A stretch of DNA of 64,000 bases from Eukaryota sp. GEM-RC1. Its lineage: Eukaryota. The notes beneath the pieces were generated by a model, which was not told the DNA's origin, did not search any database, and worked only from the letters and a program-made list of their open reading frames with translations. Of this stretch, positions 27,841 through 40,494 are shown one piece after another (within the stretch, counting starts at the first letter, position 1; the number at the start of each line of letters is the position of its first letter). The stretch covers positions 2,108,001 to 2,172,000 of the forward strand of contig JAUFOQ010000001.1 of the NCBI GenBank assembly GCA_040285855.1. Direction: 5' to 3'. Made by a program: the position numbers and the translations under genes.

Positions 27841-28959
27841 AGTTATTAAGCACTCTGAATTGGTGGTTATTGCTCTTAAAATGTGTATTCAGACTTTGCC
27901 TTGAATTGTTAGCTCTAGTGAAGTTGAATGGGTCGTTTTTATTCTATTTGATTTCTCTCATTAATGAATCAACGACATCCATGATGACGTGATCGATTCT
28001 TCTAGTCTAATCAGATTTTGCCATTTCCTTTTGTTCGATTCTTTGGTCCTCTTGATTAATTGTATATGGTTCTGATGTTTTACGTTTATTTCATGTATTT
28101 CTATTTATTTTCTGTATGATTTTAGCAGAAATTCATTATCAGATTTGATATCCAAACATGATAATGAAAGAAATTTTTATTATTTGGTTAATAATCATTA
28201 AAGCTACGGTTTCAAAGCTGACAGATGTCTACAAACCTTGTAGATGTTGTCTATCGCCACTTGCACAAAACGTAAATTTTATAAATCGAATTCATTAAGC
28301 TAAAAATGACTTCATTGGCTAATGCTTAGTAATTTAGTCATTGTTTAATGATACGTTGGAGTACCAAAGTGCTTTATTCGCTTACTTCATAGCGTATTTG
28401 AGTTATTAGATTCCCTACAACTAAGTAAATCAAAGGCATGTGTAATTCCTCTCTTTCTCCATCAACGCCATATGTTTCCATCAAGTACCTGACTACTGTT
28501 GTTAGTACCAATCAGATCTAACATTTTCCAATCATTCAAAGTTGTTTGATCTATGAAATGACTAATGCCAGCTGGATCAATTTCACACAATGCTGTCCTA
28601 GCAAGGTCGAATTTGTTCAAAGGAGTACCAATCCAGAGGTCATAATCGAAACGTTCAGTTTGTTTTCTGACATGAATGGCCCAATGGTTGAAGTCATGAA
28701 TAAACTTCACAACCTCATAACGAGTGTCGTTTTTCAGGAACGGCTCTCTGTCTTTTTTTGATCTTCTTGGGAGGAGTCACACCAGATGAGAGAATAACAG
28801 AATCATGAAGGACATGGTCAGGACGTTCAGCTTCAGAGGACTGACTTTAATCGATGTGATTTTCAATCGATGGAGACAAATCAGGAAACTTGATTGATTG
28901 TCTATCTCTTTCTGCTTTCGTTTTGTTGGCTTCCGCAATCAACTCGTTTCTATGTTCGA

Positions 28960-29462
28960 TTTCCAGCCAGCATCATCAAGTTTCGAACAGATGTTCCAAA
29001 CAACAACGTTGGCAGTTGTGAGGTAGGCGGAAAGCGAACGATTTCTGCAAGACGACAATCTCTTAAGGAGAATAGAACGGGAGCGCAAAGTCTTTATGTT
29101 GACATGAGTTTCATTACGCCAACTAGTGTGGTAGTTGAAAGATTATTCTCCATAGCTAAATGTACTTTAGGGATGCAAAGACACGCTCTGACAGATGAAA
29201 CTCTCAATTTAGAACTGTTTTTGAAGTGCAACAAAAGTCTTTGGGATGCAAAGTCTTTTAGAAAGATCTGTGAAGAAAATTGGTCTGAAGAAGATGATCG
29301 TATTTAGTGTTTAGAATTATGATTTACTTTTATATTTCCATAAACCAATAACTGATTAATTGGGCAATTAATTGCCAATTAATTGCACTAATTGCAATAT
29401 TAATTGTTTACATAATTTGAGAACCAATTAATTGCCAATTCAATTTTGAGTACCCCTCACTA
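28960..29462 (+). mobile_element. hAT-like C-terminal dimerisation region and right terminus
   Basis: YVDMSFITPTSVVVERLFSIAK...LFLKCNKSLW, then a CAATT/AATTG array ending where the inverted arm begins. Confidence 0.8.
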
Positions 29463-30689
29463 TAAGTCACCGTAACTTGAGAAACAGTCTCTTATGGTTC
29501 ATCTGGATGAAGCTGGGCCAATCATCAACTTCTTTTTATAAACTCATGGCCAATGGATACAACACACTGTAATGTGTAAACACCAAAGTGGTCGACATCG
29601 TTGGTATAAACATTAACTTTAGTCTACTCGGTAAACAAATGTTCTATATTTTGGTTTGAACTAGCACTAAATATTTATAAACCAATACATTGTTGAAGCT
29701 ACTAATACTAAATTGGATTTTGAGGTGATAAAGGCAGAGCTCCATGAAGGATATCAGCCGCACTTTCTGTTCTTCTTATCTGCTTCAAGTGTTAATTTTA
29801 CTTGATTCGAAATTCTCTTTCTGGCCACCTGCAGTCTAGCTGACATTATTGAGTTCATTTCAGCGATCTTTGCATCAATGATTATAAGCAAGGATACTAG
29901 TTGAACAAGTTGAAGCCGCCACTCCTATCCTCAGAAAGCAATATATCCTCAAAGAATCCTGATGGACGGTAAAGTCAATAATTATAATTGTGACCATATC
30001 TTTGTCACCGTTACGTGTTCGCCATGGGTCCAAAGAGTTCTAGTTTCTCATCCAACTATAGTGTCTTTTCATGTCATTCTTTTTTGATGCCAAACCATCA
30101 AATTCTCATCATATACACGTTGTAAATGGTGTATGCTATGATGGTCATTATGTTTGTTTTGACCCAACAAAAGCAAGAGAAATTGGCATATCATCCAAAA
30201 GGAACTTTATGCAATAGTAGCCACTTTAACTCAACCAAATTTGAGTTACCTTCTTCTTAACCGCAGGATCAAACTATATTGTGATCATAAGAACTTAGCT
30301 TTATTGCTCACAGCCCGTGGAAAATCCCGAATTGTGTAAGCATGTCAGTTCATTATGATTTCCGGTCAACCGTCGCCCTAAACGAAATCCAATTGAGTTA
30401 ATCTTTAGAGTGTTAGGTCATCGAATAAGAACAGAATCACTTGTATCTCCTTTATTTGATGTTTCTGAAGTTTTTGCATTGTTGAAAATAGATAAAATAA
30501 AAGCTTTAAAATGTAAAATCATGATGTAACTCCGATTTGAACATCTAATCAGATTCAGATATCAAATTTAATAAAGTAATTAACGCTACAAGTGTCATTC
30601 TTCAACTAATTACTAAATCAATAATGAAATTTGCTTTCACTATCATGATTTGATGCCAAACCAAATGAAAAATTCAAATTTGAAAGCAG

Positions 30690-31220
30690 TAACATAAATA
30701 AACAACATGGTGTTTTCCAAGTATTACGTTCATTTGGAGGTAGATGTCTAGGTTAAGGTAAACTTCTCTTAATACCTCAAAAAAACTTCTGAATGTTGAG
30801 TTCCTTGATTTCATCGTGATAGCAATGGAGACAAGCTTGTCGTAATGTTCAACGATGATGGTGGGGTGACTGTTGAAGAGAGGTTTAGCGTAGGCAAGGA
30901 GTTCAGAAGCGAGGATCATGACTGAGGTTGTTCCGTCACCAACTTCTTCATCTTGGGTTAGCTCTAGTTCGATCTTAGTTCAGGGAGCGGGAGGAACGAC
31001 GTCGATTTCACGAAGGAAGTGGTGATCGTCATTGATGATTTGAAGGTTTGGGTGATCAACAAGGAGCTTAAACTTAGAGAGAGAAGAGAACAGAAGGTCA
31101 TCAACAGGTTCAGCTTCGCCTATGATATAGAGCTGAGCTTTGTCTCGGTGTGGAAGTGGAACTGTTAGTGTATGTAAGATGAATAGAGGGAGAAAGGGAA
31201 CGTCATTGAGGGGCAATTGT
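30690..31220 (-). pseudogene. CCT3: Decayed CCT-gamma fragment
   Basis: IINDDHHFLREIDVVPPAP...TQDEEVGDGTTSVMILASELL resembles CCT3 TNDGxAILREIDVxHPAA...TQDEEVGDGTT. Confidence 0.8.
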
Positions 31221-34200
31221 GAGCGGATCTAAGTGGTGTAAGATGATGTTGTCAGAATACACAGTCTACGGACATGATGATAACGATCGATAAAGACGTA
31301 TGGTCATGGTTCAAACATTGCGTTGAAGATTGTTCATCTGCTATAATGGTATTATTACTGTACTACTTATGTAAAACCAGGAACTAACGACGTCTACTCT
31401 CTTCTTGAGTTCTCTCCTCTCTTTGTATCTTTCCGTCATTCATTATCTCCATCTCACGATAAGTCTTTTCAAGATGTTCCTGTGTGTTGAAATATCAACG
31501 TGTCTTCTACTGTACAAGGAATAAGTTGTTGACAACACAGAAACCGTCCTTCATCATGAACTATCTGACAAACTACTTCTTGTCATTTTCTCACAGGAAC
31601 AATGTGACGACTCGTCTCTGCGCTTTTTTTATTCTACATTACTCTTTCCTTCAGTTCCTTACTCAAATCATTCCTTCTCTATTAGCCTTGACATCCAGAT
31701 AGGTATCTCTCCCATTGTTGATCTCTTACAGATATAGTAACTTTATTGTGACATTGGTTTTGTTAACTAACAGATGAGAGTAAGTAAGTCTTTCTACTCC
31801 ACAACGACGGTATCAACGCGGGAAAAAGAAGATCATCCTCGACATCAACTTTTGCTCTCTACTCGTTCCTTATGTCCACCTCCTGAGTCTTACTAGTTCT
31901 TGAATCTTTATCTCTCTTCTCTTATCATCGTTACGTTGCTCATTTACATCGTACATTCTCATTGGTATAAATCATTGGAATTTATTTAATATGGACATGA
32001 GACGTTCTTGATCTTCACCTCTCTCAACCTAACTCACTGAGATCATTTCAAAGATGTTCTTCGTAGTTTGTAGATCTATCACAATTCAAATACTTCAATT
32101 ACATGACCCCCATAACTTGTATCTTAGTCATGAGTTTTGTACTTGTGAAACGATGAGTCACTTATGTTTATAATTTTTATAGTAAGGTCACGTTGGTGAC
32201 GTCATCATCCAAGTTTTCGAAGTGTATGTACTACAATCTTGTTGTTCTCATAACCAGTAAGAAATGTTTTTTTGGATGTGTGATATTCCATATCTTCATT
32301 TTATTTGGTTTTGAATTGTATTCCACCAAATACACATCAGTTCACGTGAGTAGTTAATTCATTTAATACCATTAAAATAAATATTCTAAAATATTGGGAT
32401 TTTCATTTGAAATGGTGAGAGTAATTTTCATCATCATTGTTATTCCAAAGACTTTTTCAAGCAATAACAAAGAAGTTCATTGTATCTATGCCATTGATCA
32501 CGTGATATGATGACGTGATACTGGTGTTTAGGGAACATAGACCTATAAACATCCATTACAATGACATTTCTGTTTGAGTTACAGTTTATAATGACCTGTA
32601 ATTATCTGAACATTATCATAATATTATATGGTTTTATTTGCGCCAACTGAATTAAACAGGATCTATGACAAAATAAACTAAACGTGTTAAGATTATCTGG
32701 CAATCAACTCGACAAAGCCAAATTCGACAAAGTACAAGCAAAGAACGAAGAATTACTGTACTAAGCGGCCATCTTAAATGCTCCGAGAGCGGTTTAAAGC
32801 GACGGCAAGCTTTTCCACACATCCAGTGCTGGAACTTCGGGAAACTAGCGATGAGAGAAGAAGCAAGAGAAACCGACCCACAATCAGTATCAGACTGCGA
32901 AGAAGGAGACCCATGAATCAAACCAGTTGTATGTAGAAGGTAAGAGCAACCCATATGAAAAGTTAGCCGTAAAGTGCACAACAACTGCTGATCCAAGAAA
33001 ATGATCGTAGAGGGAGGTCCGGGTCCGTGGAGTGGAAGAACAAGATTCTTTATTCGTGGTCTAGAGAATAAGAAAAAAATAATAATATCATAATTATTTT
33101 TATTTTTATTCTCAGTGTGAATCAGATTCATTTTTAGGTACACATGACTTCAGCTCAAACTTAGCAGCAGGATGCTTGGCTCAACCAATGGGGGAGCGCA
33201 AGACAAGGAATCTTTGTCTGGCAATAACGTCGAGTCACCCGTGTATTCCACCTTCAGCCATGACTGAGATGCGTTTAGTTGTGCTGTAATCAAGGGAACG
33301 TCATGAGTTTTCTTCCGTACCAGCCCGGATACAAGATGTACAAACAAGTTAGATTCTTAGTTGACGTGGTAAACTTCCAAATCGAAAGTGTGAAGTATCA
33401 GCACTATAACATGATGAAGTAAAGTCGAGATGATGGTACAAGAAAATCCAGAGGAATAATCGCATCCCAATCAAATTCTATTCAAGAGTAATCGAATATT
33501 CTTTCACCTGAGCAATCTTACGGTCGGTAATTTGGATTGGTTTTCAGTATCTAACAAATAAGGTAACATGAGTACGTATCGAAATCGGCTAACAATCGGC
33601 AATATCTCTCGGCCTACAATAAACAGTGCTTCCAGACTATCAGACTTAACTCTAAAGATGTATTTGTCCGCGTTCTGTTCAATTAAACTGTCAATAGATC
33701 CTCGGCCCTCTTGTAATTCCAGTTTAGTTTGAGGAGTAGTGGACAGCAGATCACATATGATTCTTTCCAATGGACTGGGTGATACCACTCTATGGACAGT
33801 AATAAAAGTTTTTATGGCAGCTAGCACATGTGTATGGACAATATTTCTGGATTCAACCTTCCATTGGTCGTCAATTTTGTGGAGTTTAAGATAGAACATG
33901 GAAGCCTATTGAGTAACTCTTGTCTTTGACGTCATCATTGCATACGGTGATTTGCAAACTCTAGGAAAAACTGGGAAAGGAAAGACATCCATCATAAGAG
34001 GTGTGACGACTCGAAAAGTCCTTAGAAGCTTCCGGTATCAAGTATTTCTGGTGGATGAATACAACACCATTTGTTGTCCTCTTCGCTGGTATGAATGATC
34101 TGAAAGTCAAAGTTGGCCAGTAAATGGATCCATCGTGGAGAATCAAGTCTCCTACTTGTAGTTGGGTATTTGGCGGGGAGGATTCCTTGATGAGAGACGT

Positions 34201-34954
34201 TTGACGGTCGTAAGCTTGGAGGTGAACAGTAACTGTTGTTCAGAATGTGCTCTTGAAGGAATTGGCGTGTGGCATTATTGTTGTTATTACCACGATTGGG
34301 TCCATTGAAAGATGTGAGAAACCTATAACACCAGCATACTTTTGTAATTGTCTACAGCTGCTTGATAGGAATCAGAAGAGGTTCAGTTATCAGGAACTAG
34401 TGCTGTTTAACTGACTCCGATGTATGGTAAGTCTTTGGTTTTCACACTTTTTTTAAATATTATTTGTACTGCTAGTCAGGCTGTTACACTTTTTAGCATT
34501 ATCAGGACAGTGCTTACAAACATCAAGTTTCAAGGCATCACTCCCTTTTTGGCTGAAGGATCATTCCTCGTAGTGGCCATAGGCATCTAATTTTTGTGCT
34601 TGCGTGGATGACTTTTGATGGCTCGTAAGTCGGGGCAAAATTGAATGGGCGCCCGATTATAGTCGCCCGAGTGTCCAAACAACCTCTCTTCTTTTTTTCT
34701 CAGTTACATTCTGACATTATCTGATATTCCTAGTTTATATGCATAATATTTAGTTTAAATGACATATAAAATGATGATGATGTAATTATATCACAACAAA
34801 TGAACCACAAACTCGTGCTGGTGCAAAAAAATTATTCAGTGAGGTGCATAGCAGTATACAAACTGAAAAATTGTGGAAATGAAGAATAAAAGGAATATTA
34901 ATACAAGTATACTATTGTTGAATAAGTATCAATATATATTGGAAATAGTGGTAG

Positions 34955-35027
34955 CTTGTCATGTTTGTCATGTCATGGAATGTCATGATGTCATGACAAA
35001 ATTGAATTCTTGTCATGCCCAGGTATG
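34955..35027. repeat. TGTCA array ending CCCAGGTATG, probable hAT end
   Basis: Part of an insert absent from the left arm; end resembles the CATACC/CATACT TIRs. Confidence 0.55.
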
Positions 35028-35536
35028 CTAAAATAGTCTGGACTAATTTCCTAACATACCAACTAGCATCATAGTTTAATAAAATAAATACGACGGCAAG
35101 TCTGCTGTAGAAGTAATGTTCCCAATTCGGACGTTCTGAAGTCTCATTGTATGTTACAATTAGGGAATTTGGTTGCAAAATTACAGTATCAATAGTATTT
35201 ATTGATATATAAACAAAATAGCTTTATTTGCGTCAACAAAATCAAACATGGTCTACCACACAATAAACTGAGTGTTAAAGGTTAGCTGTGTGACTGAAAT
35301 TTTGGAAGATAACCAGTCAAAATCTGATTTAGTCTTTTGCACATCTACATACATTTCTCTCTCCAGATTGTGTTCAGTCTGTACTATGTCGTGAATCTTG
35401 CAGAAAGCAAGGCGTTGTTGATTCAAATATGAAAGCAAGTCTCGCATATGTTGATGTTATGTCTGATGATGAAGATGAGGATGAGATTTGGGTTTGAAAT
35501 CTTTTACTCTGTCATGCCTTAGAAAGTGTGTTTGTT

Positions 35537-36143
35537 CATACTTGTAAAATACACGAGTTTTCATTTGAAAAATACAAAAATACAAAAATACATAAAATAC
35601 GCTAAAATACAAGGTAAAATACAAACATATCAGTCCCCATTGAATCAGTTGATTAGTATAGTATTGATGTTATCTTCTTCAACGACTACTCAATGATAAC
35701 GGTGCAGTATAAGATTGCATTCGTTTCAATTTCCTGCAAGTGGTTACAACGATGTCCAACAAAAAGTTCAAGGTTGATCTCCGTTAATTCACTGATTCCA
35801 GCATCTGCGTTTTGCACCACGTCCCCTTTTTAATGTTCCAGAAGTTATGTCTTGGATTGGTAGGATGAATTGAGGAAAGAGACTACATCATAGAGATGTT
35901 GATGAACAAAACTTGTTTCTTTTCACAGATTGAGTTTGATAAAGGAACTAAATGGTCTGGAAGATCTGAACCAAAAGGAGACTGCGTCTCGTAAAGGCAT
36001 TTGATATCATTATAATGCACACAAATGAGCTGAAGAAGCACTTGTCAAGCATAATGGAAAAATACAGTAAAATACAGTTTGTATTTTAAATCACACTGTT
36101 TGAAAAATACATAAAATACAGAATTTTGTATTTTACAAGTATG
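35537..36143. mobile_element. Complete hAT MITE, 607 bp
   Basis: Perfect 17-bp TIR CATACTTGTAAAATACA; 8-bp TSD TGTTTGTT/TTTTTGTT (7/8 match). Confidence 0.88.
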
Positions 36144-36209
36144 TTTTTGTTCTGTTGTTTTAGCTGTTGTTTATAAAGTCTGGAATATTTATTGGAAATT
36201 CAGTCATCC

Positions 36210-36349
36210 GCTGGAATCCGTCATCAACCCGTCACAACATCGTCGACGATTGTTGCAGTCGACGTGATGGCTGATTCGAGAGCGTCGGGTACGTCGACGG
36301 AAAGAGACAGTCGTCGACCCCCGTCGACTGCCGTCAAATGACAAGTCTA
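36210..36349. repeat. GTCGAC/CCGTC-rich hAT-like end; sibling at 41140-41359
   Basis: Both end in the identical CCGTCAAATGACAAGTCTA. Confidence 0.65.
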
Positions 36350-37296
36350 AGACATTGAGAATCTTTGAGGTCTCTAACGAAGCATCTGTTCCATCTCTAG
36401 AACACTGATCTTTGGTACTTTGATGTACTCAAATCAATTGTGACCCTGAACTCTCTCGAGACAATTGACTACAGTTACAGAATACAAAATAGTGTATTTT
36501 TTGTATTCTGTTTTTTCTGTATTATGTATTGTAGGTTTTTCTGGAAAGTGTATTTGTATTTGTATTTTTTGTATTTTTTTCATAGTCCGAAAATCTTCTT
36601 TAATTGATGACAATGACTGAAGTAAATGAGGAAAACATTCGATAGCGGATCTTTCTGATTAATTATATTATTGTTTGTTACAAGTGGGACATGTATCATT
36701 TTAACAACTTGCAGAAAGACTAGTACAACTGTCTGCTGATTTTTGTAAACGTTCCAGTACAGCAACGGCGCATGCTAGATGACTAAAAAGTGAAACACCG
36801 ATCAAAGTCAAGTAACAAAAATTGGAAAACGCTTAATAATGTTCATTCCAAAGAATTGAAAAATACCAAATCAAGTGAAGTGATGCAATCTAGTTTCACT
36901 ACTGTCAGTCAGTGATGACGACTCAATACGCTGATTAAACGAGCTGCACGACACTCAAATTGGTCCTGTTTTGAAGATGTACGTGTAGTCTTTGGAGACT
37001 ATGATTTCGAGTTTTAACTTTGTTGTTCAGGCGGTATATTATGACGATTGAGAACTAATGTACGAGACTTAAAGTGTCCAAAGTCCCATTGTATAACCGT
37101 ATTACTCCACGTCAGTTCTTTCCGTGGCCCAAATGAACATTGGATCTCTCGGTCAATTTAGAATCGAACAAACTATTGGGCTGATTAATGAAAAGCTGTC
37201 TAACAATGCTTACGGAAGAGGTGATCCATGAAAACCCTGACGGTCAATCACGTTTGCAGTCGTTGGACTCAATACACTTAGTTTAATACTTGCAAT

Positions 37297-37968
37297 CATA
37301 CCTGGAATATACAAGGGTTGACAAAATACAGATATAAAAATACAAAAAAACAGATACACAGTAGAGTACAAAAATACAAAGGCAATGATGTTCTATTATC
37401 TGTACATTAAACAGTGGACAAAGACAACAATGATGTTAAATGATCGATCACATGTACATGTATTTCGATTCGTTTCTATTTATACTATAATTCCTTGAGC
37501 AAATAGAGACTGATCAATTGTCTCTCACTCCTAGTGAGACTCAATTCTGCTTTTTCTTTTTTGTTGGTTTGCACCTATTTTGTGTCTTGCTTTTGGAAAA
37601 ACCCCACCAAGGAGCGAATCGTCATCCAATTATTCCTCGACCTTTTCCCAGTAGACTACTTTGTTCGTCTGTCTTCTGGTTTGGTTATGTACACTGTAGT
37701 GTTGTTTTCAATAAAAATTGTTATCTGTGTTGTTGCTGCAAAACTATTACAACTACTCCGTTTTGTGTCTTGATTAATATCATGTTTTTAGACACTTCAT
37801 TAAATCCGTGAAACAATGATTGGAGATAAAAGACATCCAAAATTTGTAACTTTTGCAGGTAAGTAAGTTCAGAAAATTATTCGTTGAAAAATACAGTATT
37901 TTAATACTGAAAAATAGAAAATACAAAAAATACAAAAATACAGAAAAAAAGTCTATTTTCCAGGTATG
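37297..37968. mobile_element. hAT MITE-like element, AAATAC family
   Basis: TIR CATACCTGGAA...TTCCAGGTATG; no clean TSD. Confidence 0.6.
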
Positions 37969-38468
37969 TTTAATACAGAAAAATACAAAATAACTCGCCC
38001 TAAGACAACTGTCGCAAAAGTCATGGTGAAAACCTTTTCTGTTTTAAAGTATCAATGATCAGAAATCTATGGGTTTCACAACCAAACTAAACATAACAAC
38101 ACATCAAAAATACCCGAACAAATATCAAGAAGCCATTATTGGGTGAGCCGTCTTTTTCGAGCAGCTACCTTTCCAAAACACTTTTTCAATCATGCCAAAA
38201 ATTGAGATTTCCCGAAAACATCAAGGGATTTGAGTTATTGTTAATCGTCAGACGAGTTTGTGACAACAATAGATATTAAATTCATCAAGAAGAACTACTG
38301 TACTTGCAATTTATCTTCCAATAAAACACAGTTACATATTCTATTTTCATTGTCACCATCAAAAACTACTTCGTATACGAGAAGAAGTACAATCAACACG
38401 AGATCTTTGACCACCCTATATTCATACTTCCATTGGTAGTTAAAAAACTTAAACACTAGAGTTACCTG

Positions 38469-39226
38469 TAGAGTTGCCGTCGACTCGATTCAACTCAACT
38501 CAGATAAGTGTGAGTACGCTCGAACTCGCACTCGAGTCGAGTCGAGCGTACTCAGACTGCAGACTCAATGTCATTTTTTTAGCTCATCGTTTTTCAACAA
38601 TTCACTGATCAGATACATATAGAATGTTTGTTAAACAAACACCAAGTGATGTGACTTTACTCTTGAATATAAAGATGGATTTACAACCTGTATGGTACGA
38701 TTTTTTCTGACGTTTGAAGTCGATTATGTCTACAAAAAAAATCATAACGGAAGTAGAAATTACCTCATTTTCTTCTGAAGGAACATATATGAATACCAAA
38801 CTTTATTGTGAAGAGGTGAAATAGAAATTGAAAATAACTGTTCTAGTTACTACAGTACATATAAATCATAAAGGTAGCTCAAAGCCATTAGCAGCCCAAA
38901 ACCTAACACTCACGAGGGCTCGTACAATTTTGGGGTGGAGATGTCATCATTAGTTGGTGGAAGGATTGGTAATGTAATGTATATTGTAACTTCTGCATTA
39001 CTTTTATTTTAGTCCTTATTTGGTGTTTTCTTGTTGTGTGTTTTTTTCGGTATATTAAGCCGTTTTATCTTACACCATAACCCTCTTCAAAAAGGTTTTT
39101 GCATAGTTAATAGGTTATACGATGCCTTATGATCTTCAATTTATGTCATTAAGAACAAATAAAAACAAAAATTAGGACATCTTCTTGAGTGCAAACTCAG
39201 CGTACTCGACTCGATCGGCAACTCTA
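38469..39226. mobile_element. Complete hAT MITE, 758 bp
   Basis: TIR TAGAGTTGCCG...CGGCAACTCTA, perfect 8-bp TSD GTTACCTG and ACTCG subterminal repeats. Confidence 0.92.
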
Positions 39227-39897
39227 GTTACCTGTCATGAAAAGTTGATGCAAATAAATTACAGGTCTAGAAAACTGTCCCGTGTTGCGTGTGAAGGACA
39301 TTTCGGCCTTTTTGACTCTGAATGGTTAAGATAAGACCAATTGGTGTCTAGTTTGTTTCAAAATTACGACCAACGCGTAGAAATAGAGACAATTTAACAG
39401 TACATTTTCCTCCAAAAATTGCTCTGGTACTATTTTATCCATAAAAATACAGATAATAATGTTTTAATTCAGCATAAAAATTACAAAAAATACAGTCTTT
39501 ATCGAGTCTGCGACGATACAAAAATACAGACAATACATCAAAATACATTATTTGTATTTTCCAAGTATGTTTCAGTCCAATTCACTATGGACCAACACAA
39601 TTTAACGTGAATTTATAGTGACATACTGATTGTACCAGATTTTAGCCATGGATTGTATGGTTTGCCAATATTCCAATACGGTGTTTCCGATCCTTGACAG
39701 TACTAAAGCATTTTTTTCCATAAGAAAACGAGATTTCTAATCTCTCAGTGAAATATATGCTTTTGCAAAAGAATGACTAACATACACCAACTGAAGTATC
39801 TTAAGTCATTTGAGACATTCTAAAACGGAACAAATTGAATACATAAACGTAAAGTGAGAAAGTGGTCAGAAGTCGTCAAGAATCAATTGCCAAAGTG

Positions 39898-40494
39898 TCA
39901 GATTTCTTTGGAAGCAATTAATCCAAAATGATAAGGTTCAATAACAAAGGGGTGTTTGTGTATCGCAAAAGGTAAGATTTTCAACTGGTCGAGAATATCT
40001 TCAGGTTTTGGACGAATGTCAAGATCAGGACCCCTCGGAGTGTCGCTGTCCCAGTGAATAACTCCCACTTTCCCACCAGGTTAGAGTTAAAAGATCTTGA
40101 TTGAACTAACCGTGAGTACTCTGAAGGCTTCCTGCAGTAGTACTTCTGGATTTTCGAGATGAAGGATCTTGAACAGCATAATGTAATCAATCTGTGCTTC
40201 CTCCAGTCCTGTTTCATGTTCAAGAACATCTCTGATTTCAAGATGTAACTTGTTTATCCCATTTGTTCGAATTTCTTTGCTAACAACAACAGCCATTTCT
40301 TGTTCTATATCAAAAGCATATATTGTGCCGCTTATTCGCTGCGCCGCTGGGATAGTAAAGGTTCCGTATCCAAATCCAATCTCCATGAGGTCATGAACGT
40401 CAGAGTCAATCTCCATTTTTGTTAGTATCCCAGAAACATCAAAGACGGAGGCCCAGACTTCTTGTTCAGGCATTCCGCTTTCTCTGACTTTCAT
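39898..40494 (-). pseudogene. Second methyltransferase copy, probably non-functional
   Basis: Closely similar to 1325-1927, but the intron (40081-40110) ends in AA instead of AG and retains an in-frame TAA. Exon 2 has a 6-nt deletion, and FNILH>FKILH and VLK>VLT substitutions are present. Confidence 0.75.

Larger units (their letters stand above)
29460..35270. repeat. Right arm of large inverted duplication
   Basis: Matches the left-arm blocks in reverse order. Confidence 0.85.
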
